Of a DNA stretch of 64,000 nt, positions 1-10,456 are shown piece by piece. Both the position numbers and the translations under genes were made by a program. The notes under the pieces were generated by a model. That model worked only from the letters and a program-made list of their open reading frames with translations, was not told the origin of the DNA and did no database searches. Source of the stretch: Blastocladiella emersonii ATCC 22665. Taxonomy: Eukaryota; Fungi; Blastocladiomycota. Within the stretch, counting starts at the first letter, position 1. Each line of letters starts with the position of its first letter. The stretch covers positions 310,001 to 374,000 of the forward strand of contig JANHCV010000002.1 in assembly GCA_025594325.1 (NCBI GenBank), in the 5' to 3' direction.

Positions 1-142
1 GAGGTTGCACAGGGCGCGAAAGAGCGCGTCAGCCGCGTCAAGGTAAAATAGACCTTTCCGACCGCCCCCACTGTGTGGCTGAAACGCCACCACGTGAGAC
101 GATCCCCTTGCGATGCGGTGCGGGTTTTCCCCCCAGCGCCGC

Positions 143-766
143 TCACATGATGACACCGCCCGGGCACAAGCCTCGGCCTGGGGGGACAGTCGGAAAGGTG
201 AATTCCTCCGAGCCCGCCGGGCGGAAGAGTGGCGGCAGCAAGCCAAACCGGCGGTGCGCAACGACAGCAGCTCGAAGTCGCGGGTCGGGAATACGCTCGG
301 GGCTCGTCTTGGACTCGGAGTCAAGGATGGCATGGTAGACGGACTCGAGGTTTTTGCGGGTCCCAATGAACGAAGCGGTCGCGCGAGCTCCGTTGAGACG
401 CTGGTAATGGTGAAGGACGCTGTTTACCTCAGCGTGGCATTGCTTGGCGCTCTCGGCAAGCTTCTCCAAGACGTTCGCGATCTCCTCGCCCGTCTTGTAG
501 CGGGCGGCGATTCCGGGAAGCACCGTCTCGCGAAAGAGGTCGCGAGCAGCGAGGTCGCGCTTGGCGTATGTGCCACTGCCGACCCAACGGTGTTCGTCGG
601 GACTCGGGAGGTCGTCTGATGCACAAGTCACGCTCGAAGCGGCGACGGGCTCCGTTGGAGGTTGAGTCGCGCGCAAAGGAGCGGGCGCGGGACGGGCGCC
701 CCTGTCGCGGCCACGGCCACGGCCACGGCCACGGCCGCGTTTGCCGTTACTTTTCATTCGATTCAC
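143..766 (-). pseudogene. Truncated paralog P1 of an unnamed intronless family (RG-rich N-terminus, PEHLWK family)
   Basis: ORF MNRMKSNGKRGRGRGRG...LFRETVLPGIAARY...DPRLRAAVVAHRR...FRPAGSEEF matches P3 (LFRDTVLPGINARF...DPRLQAAVVAHRR...FRPAGSDEF) up to ~nt 200. It then loses similarity and stops at 143 (207 aa versus ~490-610 aa for the paralogs). Confidence 0.7.
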
Positions 767-881
767 TGTGTAGGTTCGTCTCGGTCTCTGCGGAGTTCGG
801 AGCCAGCGACAACGGCGGCAGCCTGGGTGGCAGCCTCAGCGAAACCCAACGAGCTCAGCGGGCTTGAAGTCACATGCGCGT

Positions 882-904
882 CACATGTTATCGAAACGCG
901 TCTC
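882..904 (-). promoter_or_regulatory. Conserved 23-bp upstream motif, divergent copy (plus strand CACATGTTATCGAAACGCGTCTC)
   Basis: 116 bp upstream of the P1 ATG; same CACATG-N8-ACGCGTCTC geometry as the copies at 3285, 8339, 10145 and 13743. Confidence 0.6.
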
Positions 905-1334
905 GCAGCTTGATCTCGAGACATCGCGCAAACCGTTTCGTGGAGGCTCCAGTATGATACGGAGATGTTTCGCGAGTCCACGGTTAATACCTACGTTATG
1001 AGTGTCGCTGTGGTACATTGCGCGGGCATTATGAAACGCGTCGTTGGGGCGTCCGTGCAAGCGGACCGCGCGGAGAAGCCAAAAATGCGAGGAGCACGAG
1101 CACAGAATATTTGCGTCATGCTTCATTCTTCGGGACCATGGTAGCGCCGGGGGAGAAACAACAACGGAGCGACGACACGCGCGACGGCTCGAGGCACACC
1201 AAAATCTGATTCCGCGACGCGTCCGACATGTCTCGCGGACGATCGCGCGGATTTCAAACGTACATTCGTCACAAGGAGGTGGGAACAAAGGTATTGATAT
1301 TACACTCACCGACTCGCGCCCACGTTCACTCGAT

Positions 1335-3170
1335 CTAGTCGAGCCACGGGATCTGGTGCGCGGGAGGATCTGGCGGGAGCGCTGGCCCAGAGCCCCGAAT
1401 CTCGGCCGCCCGCCCGTCAACCTTCGCTGCCGGCGGCAGGACGGTGTTGGTAACATCCTTGCCGGCCTCGCGTTTGGGCTGCATGACCGGCGCAGCGCGG
1501 TAGCCGTTCTGGCCCTTGGTCGCGCGCGCGGGCGCCGCGGCGCGCGGGTCTTCGTCGTCGCTGGCTTCGTCGCTGTCATCAGAATCGTCGTGGCCGAGCC
1601 CGTAATCGTCGTCGCCTCCGTACGAGTAGGCGTACGCGTCGTCGATGGTGGCGGTCGCGTGCTCGTAGACGTCGCGCGGGACCGAACCACTCGCGTGCAG
1701 GGACATGGCGCCGAATTGGTGCGCAAGCGGGCCGGCGCGGTACGCGTACCACTCGTTGATGCGGGCACGCAGCTCGAACGGCGACAGGTCCGAGACGCCC
1801 GAGCACGGCCGCACACCGCCGTGGTACGACTCAATCCGGACCGTCATCCGGTTGATCGACGTGATGTAGCCCGCGAACCAGCGGAGCTTGCGCGTCTCGA
1901 GCCGCCCGTTGACGATAATCGCTTGGTCCTTCCAGAGGTGTTCGGGCTTGACGAAATGATACATGACTGAAAGCATCGCGTCCCAGGAAGCAAGGCCGCG
2001 GGCAACGCCGTTGCGCAGCCACGTTTCGACCCGCTCCACGTCTTGCGGCGAGATGGACTCGATGGCCGCCGGTGGCGCGATGTCGGTCCCGATGAGAGCG
2101 TCGATCGACTCGACAGGCGCGTTCGCGGCGGGAGGAAGCGCGCGAACTGACGGCTGGCCGACAACGAAAAGGCTGCAGAACGCCTCGAACGAGAAACGCA
2201 CCACGGGTTTGACTGATTCGGCGGACCGCGCGAGGGAGGGGATCGTGGTGTCTGGCGAGATCACGTTACGTTCAATGTAGAGAGCCACGAGCTTCGGGAA
2301 GATCGCAAAGAGTCGGAGGTGAAAGTCCATGTCGGCCGGGTCGTCGAGCAAGTGTTTGAGATCGGCATCGACCACGCCGCAAAAATGCTGGAAAAGCTCG
2401 TCGAACGCCGTATGTTCGGCCGCACGCCGCGCGTAAAGAGTCGCGCTAAGCGCGTAGCGGGATTGGACGTTACCCGGGGCATAGCCATAGTCGCGTTGGG
2501 CAACAAAGTCGTCGGTCAATTCGTTGGCGAGCGTTTCAAGGAACGAGTCGAGATTGCGCTCGGCAGCTTCGATAATGGCAGCACGAAGCTCAGCACCGAG
2601 TTCGTGGTAGTACACCTCGGCGCCATGCGGGTGATGGACGGCGCCGCCCTTTTTCGGACGGTAGTAGGTGGCAAGCGCTTCGCGAATACGGAGGTCGGTC
2701 ACATAATCGGGGCTGCGGAGGTACTTGCGGCGATCGGACACGGCGCGGTACACCAAGGCCGTCGTTTGCGGCGATTCCAGCAGAAGCGCGAGCTCGCGGG
2801 TGCCGAACAGCTCCTCGTACCGGGCGAAGAACCGGTTTGCTTCGAGATGGCACCGTTTTGAGCCGCGATTGAAGCGATGCAGCTTGGGCGCGACACCGCT
2901 GCGAAGGCGGGCGCGGTGGTAAGCGATGCCAGGAAACACTTCGGGGCGGAAGAAGTGGGCGGCGGGAAGCGTGTGGACCGCCGTATTGCCCGTTCCAGCG
3001 CACAAGTACTCGCCAGGAGCGGGCCCGACCTTGTCGCCGAGAAGCTCAGGCGGAGGGCCAAACCTGCCGCCGTTTGGAGGAGGCGGCCCGTAAGGGGCTC
3101 GGTGGCCGCCGCCGCGGCCTCGTGAATTGCCGCGGCCACCTCGGCCGCCTCTCGACTGGGCGTGATTCAT
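1335..3170 (-). CDS. Paralog P2, unnamed intronless family, ~611 aa hypothetical protein
   Basis: Open ORF from the ATG at 3170 (MNHAQSRGGRGG). Shares FFRPEVFPGI, FSFEAFCSLF, WLRNGVARGLASWD and HFVKPEHLWK motifs with P3 and P4. Confidence 0.75.
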   Translation of the reverse strand: MNHAQSRGGRGGRGNSRGRGGGHRAPYGPPPPNGGRFGPPPELLGDKVGPAPGEYLCAGTGNTAVHTLPAAHFFRPEVFPGIAYHRARLRSGVAPKLHRFNRGSKRCHLEANRFFARYEELFGTRELALLLESPQTTALVYRAVSDRRKYLRSPDYVTDLRIREALATYYRPKKGGAVHHPHGAEVYYHELGAELRAAIIEAAERNLDSFLETLANELTDDFVAQRDYGYAPGNVQSRYALSATLYARRAAEHTAFDELFQHFCGVVDADLKHLLDDPADMDFHLRLFAIFPKLVALYIERNVISPDTTIPSLARSAESVKPVVRFSFEAFCSLFVVGQPSVRALPPAANAPVESIDALIGTDIAPPAAIESISPQDVERVETWLRNGVARGLASWDAMLSVMYHFVKPEHLWKDQAIIVNGRLETRKLRWFAGYITSINRMTVRIESYHGGVRPCSGVSDLSPFELRARINEWYAYRAGPLAHQFGAMSLHASGSVPRDVYEHATATIDDAYAYSYGGDDDYGLGHDDSDDSDEASDDEDPRAAAPARATKGQNGYRAAPVMQPKREAGKDVTNTVLPPAAKVDGRAAEIRGSGPALPPDPPAHQIPWLD

Positions 3171-3284
3171 GGTTTCATTGCGTTGCATGGTGAGCGAGGA
3201 GGTCAACGGGGGCGTAGACTAGTAGCGGCGGCGGGGCGATGCTAAAAACGGATGCGGGCGGCGTGGCTTACATCACCTGAGCTT

Positions 3285-3307
3285 CACATGATTTCCCGTC
3301 GCGTCTC
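3285..3307 (-). promoter_or_regulatory. Conserved 23-bp upstream motif (plus strand CACATGATTTCCCGTCGCGTCTC)
   Basis: 115 bp upstream of the P2 ATG; identical to the copy at 10145-10167. Confidence 0.7.
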
Positions 3308-3670
3308 GAAGCTCGAACGCGGCCGCCCGTTCCTCCGTCGAGAGCCTTCCGTCCTGTCCACGATGGGGCTACAAGAACCATGGCGAGGCGGTTGCGGCCT
3401 GCTACTGTAACTCCGCGTGACCGCCCGCTCCGGGTGTGCAGGAAGCGGGGCCGCGTGGCGCGCGTCGTCGTCTGGTGTTGACGTGTTTGAAGGATCCACG
3501 TCGCAGCAAGTCAATCTTACGTTCATCAGCTTCATGGATGAGTTGCCGTGAGATAGCGCGGGAGAGAGCGACCGGGTCCGACTTGAAACGCACGACGCGT
3601 CGCTCACCCGAGGCGCGCTCTACGCGACCGACGCGGTAATCGATACTTTGTATTTAGCCCAACGGCGAAT

Positions 3671-5512
3671 TCAGTCGGGCGACTTGGTCGCCGTCTGCTT
3701 GGCCGACGCCTTGGTGCGGGTCCGCGGCTTTTTGGCCGACGCTGGCGTGACTGGAGGAGTCTCGCTTGGACGAGTCGCGCCACTCGGGATCGGCGACTGG
3801 AGCGGAGGAAGACCGAGCGAGAGTGGGAACGGCAACGACATCGGGAACGGCACGGCTATCGGCGTATACGCGGGGCTCGGTAGCATGGGCCCGAGACCCT
3901 GGCCCTGGCCCAGCATCGACGACTGGCCCAGCATCGACGACAGCAGCATCAGCGGGTTGCTGGCGAGCGACGCGGCGGCGGACTGCGCCGACGCAAGGGT
4001 CGCGAACTGAGGCTGGAAAAGCGCCGACATGGGCACCACGACGTATCCCGGACCGACCGCGGGCGTCAGCGGCGCGACGTTGCTCGCAGGCACCGCGTCG
4101 GTAAGGATCGGATCACGGTCGCCATCATTTTCGCGACTGCGGCGCGTCGGCGAGCGGGACCGCGAGCGAGAATTGACGCGCGACGAGGAAGATGCGGAGC
4201 GGTGCCGGTCGCGATGGCGCCGCGAACGAGACCGCGAACGGGACCGCGGGCGAGAAGAGGGGCGGTTCATGCGGTTTCGCTCACGGCGCCCGCTGCGGTC
4301 GCGCGACTTGCTCCGGCGCCGCTCACGGCGCGGCGAGCAACTCCGATGGCGAGCGCGGGAACGAGAACGGCGGCGCGAAAGCCTGCGGCGCGGGCTCGCA
4401 TCCCGACGCGCCTCGCGTCCGCGCGATAGAGTTTCGCGCCGGTTGCGCCGCAGCGCGCCACGGCTGCGTGAGCGGGAGCGAGCGCGCGCTGTCGATTTCG
4501 GCGGGTCGGTTCGGCGCGCGAGGGCCTTGCGCGCTGGTTTAAAGGTCGCGGTCGGGCCGTCGGCTTTGTCCAGTGATCTCGCCCAGATCGGGAGAAGGTG
4601 GCGTGGAACGGTGATGGATCGGTCAAGCACCTGCTTCACAATGTCACTACACAGTGGGATGTGTACATCAGCGGGAGCTCATGAGCTGGGCGGGCGGGGA
4701 AAACGTACAGCGACGACTGATCCCACGCAGGTTCCGCATGGACCTCGTAGTCCTTGAACTGCGAGAGGTGCAGCGCCTGCGTCGCGGTGAAGCGGTGGAC
4801 GTTGTTAAAGTACTCGGCATATGTAAGCAAAGCACCACTACACATCAAGAGCCGTTAGTCAAGTTCGCGGCAGAGGGCGGCACGAAACGACGCACCCCGG
4901 TAGCTCTTGAAACGGGTCCAACGAGCGTAGATCGCCAAAGCGGGCCAACAGAGTCCACAGCTCGTCAAGCTCCTGCGGGTTCTCCACGGGCGGACCGTTT
5001 CGCCGATGCAGCTCGATGCGCAGCGACGCGTCGCCCCGCGCATTCCTGTACGGCGTCCGAGACTGCACGGGCTCGCTCGGGATCATGAAATGGGCCTCGA
5101 CGCGCGTACCCCAGAGCTCCCGGCCCTGCCAGTACACAAGCGCGGCCTGGGCATCGCGGAGATCGGCCTACATACAACCGGATGAGTGAGGACATTGTGC
5201 GCCGCCGCCACGACCGGCATGGTTTATGCGCACAAAATCAAGCAGAGCAGAGCGGAGAAGGTGCCTCCGGCCGTCCAGTTTGGCACTGGACATCTTGACC
5301 CAGACCAAGTAAGCGCTTGGAGTCAAAGTCTGCACGACGGCCCGGCGATTGGCGGTGTCTCCCGGCCCCACCATCCAGTGCAATCGAATCGACCGGCTTG
5401 GAGGAAAAAGGTCGGCTGCCGTCTGCGTCGGCTCCGGCGCGGGGGCCGAGGGCGGAGGAACCGGGGCCTCGAGGTGATCCCCGGGAGACGATACGGGCTG
5501 CATTTCATCCAT
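3671..5512 (-). CDS. Mei2-like tandem RRM (RRM1/RRM2) protein with C-terminal RS-rich and Pro-rich tail, 4 exons, ~551 aa (gene A)
   Basis: Splicing at GT-AG introns 5168-5233, 4838-4895 and 4647-4708 gives one open frame: LLDF|ADLRDAQAAL...HFMIP...FGDLRSL...YAEYFN...AWDQSS, then RSRSRSR repeats. The motifs resemble Mei2-family RRM1/2 (YDIRAA...HYSIP...NQGT). Confidence 0.7.
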
Positions 5513-5804
5513 GTTGCATCGAGTTAGAGAGTGTGTTCAACCTTCCTTCGCTTTGTTGTGTTCCGCCGGGGAGGGAGCCGTGGGAAGTCGCGGCGGACGA
5601 GGTGGCGTGATGTGACCAACGCGACTTCCTCCGGCGAGCTCGTGGCACGCGAGCAAGGGATCTTGACGCGAGTTCGCTTGCGGCCAGCACGATGTGAGCT
5701 CACGCTCGGACCCTGACCACCGATTGGTTGAGACTCGATGACTCTCGAATATTGTTACATTCACACGAACCCCATTTCCCCACACCTTGCTTCCATCGCC
5801 GGAC

Positions 5805-7572
5805 TCACTCCTCCTCGAACTGTAGTACTTCCTGCGCAGTATCGTCCACTTTCGCCGCGGCCCTCGACCTAGCATTGCTGCGTGCGTGGCCGGGGACGAC
5901 TGGCGGGAGCGAAATCGGCGGCGGCGGCACGATCGGAGGAGGGATGGGAAAAAGCTGAGGCGGGAGCGAAGCGAGATTCTGGGCCTGCTGCATGAACGTG
6001 AAGAGGAGCGGGGCAGCGACCGCAAACGAGGCCAGCTGGAACGCTTGAAGAAAGTCGGGCTGCGAAAGCTGCTGAGGAACCGGAAGCATCGGCGGCAGCA
6101 GCGCGAGCGATGGCGTGAGATCATCCGGAGTCATCTCACCGGGATCTGGTTCGGTCTCGCGGGCCGGGGCCGAGCCGCGAGCACGAGATTTGAGCGGGTC
6201 GCGACGACGGGAGCGAGAGCGAGAGCGGTGCTGCAATCGGTGCTGGTCACAGCGATCGCGACTACGGCTACGGCTGCGATTGACACGAGCGTGGCCGCGG
6301 TGCTGACCATAGACATCCGACAGGTGCGAGCGGCGTGAAGCAGATGCGAGGCGGCGATCTCGCTTGGGCGCGCGGTCGCGGTCGCGGTCGCGCGATGTGT
6401 CTCGCTCCTCCCGCTCCCAGTTGCGGCCGTGCGATGTGTCTCGCTCCTCCCGCTCCCAGTTGCGGCCGTGCGCCGAGCCTTTCTGGCTCTGGTTATGATG
6501 GCGATGAGGATAGCGATGCTGCGTGCGGAGAGGAGAGCGGACCCGCGTGCGGAATGGAGGACGGGCCTGCGCGCCGGGGCGATACGAATCGGCCCTCCTG
6601 CTCGGAACAGCGTCCGCGGAACCATCGCTGCCATGCGGTAGTGGCGACCTAGCCCATTTCGGGAAAGCCACAAGGTCGCAGGATCGAGCGAGGTGTTCAA
6701 AATCCGCTTCACAATGTCCCTACGGTGAAGCGATTCGGCGGTCAGCTTGGTCGCGTGTCGTTAGCGCAAGACCCGCGTGGCGGCGTACACGCTCGACTGA
6801 TCCCACGCGAGTTCGAAGTCAAGCGTGTAGTCCTCGGACCGCTCGCACTCCAGCGCTTTGAGCGCAGTCAGTCGTTTGAGCTTGTTGTAGTACTCGGCGA
6901 ACACGACCAGGGACCCGCTACACGGTGGATCGCGAGTAGATCATCAGCTCGGGCGGGAACGGGTTGAGGAGGAACGAGAGCGAGCGCCTTACTCCTGCAA
7001 CTCATGGACCACGTCAAACGACCGCAGATCGCCAAACGTTTTCAAGTGGTCGCGAAGCAAGTCGCGGCTGGGACACGCAGACGCGGCCGCCCGCGGCCGC
7101 ACCAGGATGCGGAGCGAGCCCTGGTTGCTGGGCTGCTTGCAGGGCGTGTGCTCCTGCGCGGGCATGCCTGGAAGCATGTAGTGGGCCTTGATGCGCTCGC
7201 CCCACTCCGGCCGCCCGTGCCAGCGCTTGAGCGCCGCCTGGGCATCGCGGATGTCATACTACTTGCGCCGTATGTAGTAAGCTCGCGAGCGCACACAGCT
7301 AGATGTAAGTAAACGAGTCCGAACAAAGTCGATGATTGCAAGACTCCACTCGCGCGCATCCGTGTCGCGGCCAATAAACGCGCTCCTCACGTACACCTGG
7401 TATGCTTCGGTAAAGTAGGACTCAAAGCTCACGGCGGCATTTACTGGTGCTGCGCTCGTCCTTCGGCCAGTAAAAGCGGATCGAACGGCTCGGGGGGTAT
7501 GTCGATTTCGGCCTGGGGCAAGTTTGAGGGAAGCGGAGCCCCTATTGGCACTTTCTCGTCATTCGAGTCCAT
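5805..7572 (-). pseudogene. Frameshifted tandem duplicate of the Mei2-like RRM + RS gene (gene B)
   Basis: IIDF|YDIRDAQAAL...HYMLP...NQGSLRI...FGDLRSF...VFAEYYN...AWDQSS, with introns at the same positions as gene A (e.g. 6720-6788). Exon 1 needs two compensating frameshifts, and the RS tail (5805..6671 ORF) is out of frame after ~6670. Confidence 0.6.
6392..6469. repeat. Exact 39-bp tandem duplication encoding HGRNWEREERDTS x2
   Basis: gcgatgtgtctcgctcctcccgctcccagttgcggccgt at 6392-6430 and 6431-6469. Confidence 0.9.
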
Positions 7573-8338
7573 GTTGCAGCAAGTTAAGCCCGAGGGTAAG
7601 CGTTCATTGGATTCATGAGGCAACGCGCCGGGAGCGAACGGCTAACGCGAAGCGGCCGTGGAATGTCTGACTCGTCGCGCCAGTCGCGTCGCGTCGCGTC
7701 GTTCAGCGCAGAGCCCAGTCTCCCTCCGCGCTCCAACTTGCCAAGGCCTCCGCGGCTGGGACGAGCAACTCCAACAAGGCCCGGTCCAACCGGATTCCTG
7801 TCAGTATTCGGACAGCTTTGATTCAAAATGCTATTCTACTCAGGCACGGGGGAAGCGGGATACACGTGACGTACAGCGACAGGATGGTATTGCAGGGGAA
7901 ATCAACCAGTGTATCAAACAGGAACAGCTTCATTCATCCTCGAACAGGAACCAAGCGCGAGAGTGCGCCGCGCGTTGGGCTGCGGCGGAGGCGTGGGAGG
8001 CGGCGTCGGTGGGTGGCGTGATCCACACCTGACCTCGACGCGTGCGTGTCTCGCATGTCTCGCACGCACGCCCCACTACAGCACAATAATGGTTCTATTC
8101 GTGCCTGCTTCCAGGCATGGGTTCACAACGCGAGAACAATCGAGAGCACGACGGCAGTACAGGTCCACGCGCTGGGTACCGCGTAGACAGCTGCTGGAGA
8201 CCGGTCCCAAACGCCTCAGGGACCAGCTCGATGAGGTTGGCGCGGTTCGTGAACCTGGTCGCGCTACTAGGCCGTCGATGGGTCGCCGACGGAATCCAGA
8301 GGCCTGCGCCGCAAGCCCAAACCACCCAGCCCAGCTGT

Positions 8339-8361
8339 CACATGTTTTCTCGACGCGTCTC
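8339..8361 (-). promoter_or_regulatory. Orphan copy of the 23-bp motif (plus strand CACATGTTTTCTCGACGCGTCTC)
   Basis: Same spacing and both conserved halves; no family ORF start at the expected distance downstream. Confidence 0.55.
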
Positions 8362-8526
8362 ACGTAGTGCTCACCTTGCCTCACCCACCTCATGCTTCAT
8401 GCGAGGGTCAACAGCTCGAGTCTTAGGGAAACTGATGTATGGTCTGGAAACGTGGCTCAATTGAGGAAAATAGACACGCAAGGAACACGAAAAGGTGACA
8501 AGAACATCGTGGGAACGTTGGAAGAC

Positions 8527-10008
8527 TTACTCCAAGCCCGGAGTGACGCTGGCCTTGTCCGAGTCGTGCAGCGTCATGGACTCGACCTGGAGCGCGAGCT
8601 GGCCCTGATCCCGGTGCGCGCGCCACTCGTCGATGCGAGCGACGAGCGCCTCCATGGGCTCAGGCGGGAACATGAAAGCGCGGACGCTCGCCCGGATCCC
8701 GCTGTGGTGCGAGTGAATCTGGAGGTTTTTGCCGTTGATCATGATCGGATCCACAAGCGAGCGCTGAGAGCGAGTCTCGCCGTCGATCGAGACTTGCTTC
8801 CACAAGTGCTCGGGCTTGATAAAGTGGTGAAGGACGCCAAGCACGACGTCCCACGATGCGAGTCCGTGCACAACGCCTGCGCGAAGCCAAGCCTCGACCT
8901 GCTCCACGTCGGACTCCTTGATGGCTTCGATGGCCACGGGCGGCGAATCCTTGGTACCAATCAGGGTCTTGATGGCGTCGACGGGGCAAGGCAGCACAGG
9001 CGGGAGCTCGGGAATCAAGAGTGGGCCGTCGAGGAAGAGGCCGCAAAAACTCTTGAAGGAGAGCGGTGCGTAAGGACCGAGCTCGTTGACCGTCGGGATA
9101 AGCTTGGGGTAAGGTAGGCCGCGGGGAACAGCACCGACCCGCGCGTAACCGGTGACGAGATCGGGAAGAACAGCGATGATCTGCAGCGGGTGGTGGTTGC
9201 CGTTCGCGTTGACGAGACCCTTCTGGATGTCAAACTTGATCTGCTGCGTAGCGCGTTGAAACATCTTGAGCTCGACAACGTCCATGGCCGCGTGTGAAGA
9301 GCTTGCTTCCGTGTCGGCTTGCAGCATGGCGTTGCGAGCTTGCGGATCCATGGTTTTGAGAAAGTGACCCGCCAGGCACTCGGTCAGTCGCATCATGAAC
9401 GACTGGAAGACCTGGTCGGCGGTGAAGGCGATGGCGCCGCAGAACACGTCGGCAACCTCGCGGTAGAACTCGTCCGAACCCGCGGGGCGAAAGATGGGCT
9501 TGCGCGACGCGGAACGGCGGTGCGCGACCACGGCCGCCTGAAGTCGCGGGTCCGAAAGCGCCTCGAAGTAGTCCGTCGAGTTTGGGTCGAGGACGGCGCG
9601 GAAGACGGCCTCGATGTTTGAGCGAGACTCGAGAAGGGTAGCGAGCCCGTGCTGGCCGTGAAGGCGCGCAAAATGGCGGAAGACGCCGGCCACCTCGGTT
9701 TGGAGCTGCCGCGCACTATCGCTAAGCTTCTTGAGGAAGAGCACGATCTCCTTGCGCGTCGTGAAGCGAGCGTTGATGCCCGGAAGCACCGTGTCGCGGA
9801 ATAACTCGTCGGCGGGGAGATCGTGCGACTCGATGTCGCCAGTGCCGACGTAGCGATACTCTTCGGGCGCAGGGAGGATCATCATGCCTGCGGGTGCGGC
9901 GGAAGCTTCCGCGGTCAGGTGCGAGTCCCGCGAAGCTGCGGAAGGGCGCTGAGCGCTGCCAGCCTTGCCGCCGCGGGCGCGTTTGCCGCCTCGTTTCATT
10001 TGCTTCAT
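8527..10008 (-). CDS. Paralog P3, unnamed intronless family, ~493 aa
   Basis: Likely ATG at 10008 (MKQMKRGGKRARGG). Motifs EYRYVGTG, LFRDTVLPGINARF, LSFKSFCGLF, WLRAGVVHGLASWD, HFIKPEHLWK. Confidence 0.75.
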   Translation of the reverse strand: MKQMKRGGKRARGGKAGSAQRPSAASRDSHLTAEASAAPAGMMILPAPEEYRYVGTGDIESHDLPADELFRDTVLPGINARFTTRKEIVLFLKKLSDSARQLQTEVAGVFRHFARLHGQHGLATLLESRSNIEAVFRAVLDPNSTDYFEALSDPRLQAAVVAHRRSASRKPIFRPAGSDEFYREVADVFCGAIAFTADQVFQSFMMRLTECLAGHFLKTMDPQARNAMLQADTEASSSHAAMDVVELKMFQRATQQIKFDIQKGLVNANGNHHPLQIIAVLPDLVTGYARVGAVPRGLPYPKLIPTVNELGPYAPLSFKSFCGLFLDGPLLIPELPPVLPCPVDAIKTLIGTKDSPPVAIEAIKESDVEQVEAWLRAGVVHGLASWDVVLGVLHHFIKPEHLWKQVSIDGETRSQRSLVDPIMINGKNLQIHSHHSGIRASVRAFMFPPEPMEALVARIDEWRAHRDQGQLALQVESMTLHDSDKASVTPGLE

Positions 10009-10144
10009 GTTGGAGAGCAGTCCGCGCACTTGGCTGGGAGCGAGAGCGTTGGCCAAAGCGCGAGCGAGGCGACCGGGGCTCCCCCTTTCGGAGGTCGCGC
10101 AGGTCAAAATCGTGAACGCCACACTTCTGGCCTCACGGGAACCT

Positions 10145-10167
10145 CACATGATTTCCCGTCGCGTCTC
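10145..10167 (-). promoter_or_regulatory. Conserved 23-bp upstream motif (plus strand CACATGATTTCCCGTCGCGTCTC)
   Basis: 137 bp upstream of the P3 ATG; identical to 3285-3307. Confidence 0.7.
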
Positions 10168-10456
10168 AACCTAATCCCCTGTCTCAACCTCTCGAGTGAT
10201 GCCGGCTGCTCACCGCCAAAGTCGTAGGAAACACGATACAGCCTGTAGCTTACATTTACACTGGGTATTTCGAATGCGAAGTTTGCCGAGCAGCAATGCC
10301 ACGTTGGGTGTTGTGTTTCACATCTCCACGGTCAACGACTGCAGGTGAGCGAACAAGAGCTCTATCCAACGCTGAGAGTGGAGGCAACTAACTGATCTCC
10401 ATTATCATATGAACAGCGTTCCGACGGCATAAGCGGCCCGAGCAACCAGTCACGCA

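Noticed and set aside
881-1200. Minus-strand frame MKHDANILCSCSSHFWLL... between P1 and P2
   Set aside because: No recognisable motif or codon bias; likely intergenic.
6392-6469. 39-bp direct repeats as a CRISPR-like array
   Set aside because: Adjacent tandem copies with no spacers, inside coding sequence, and no cas genes; the DNA is eukaryotic.
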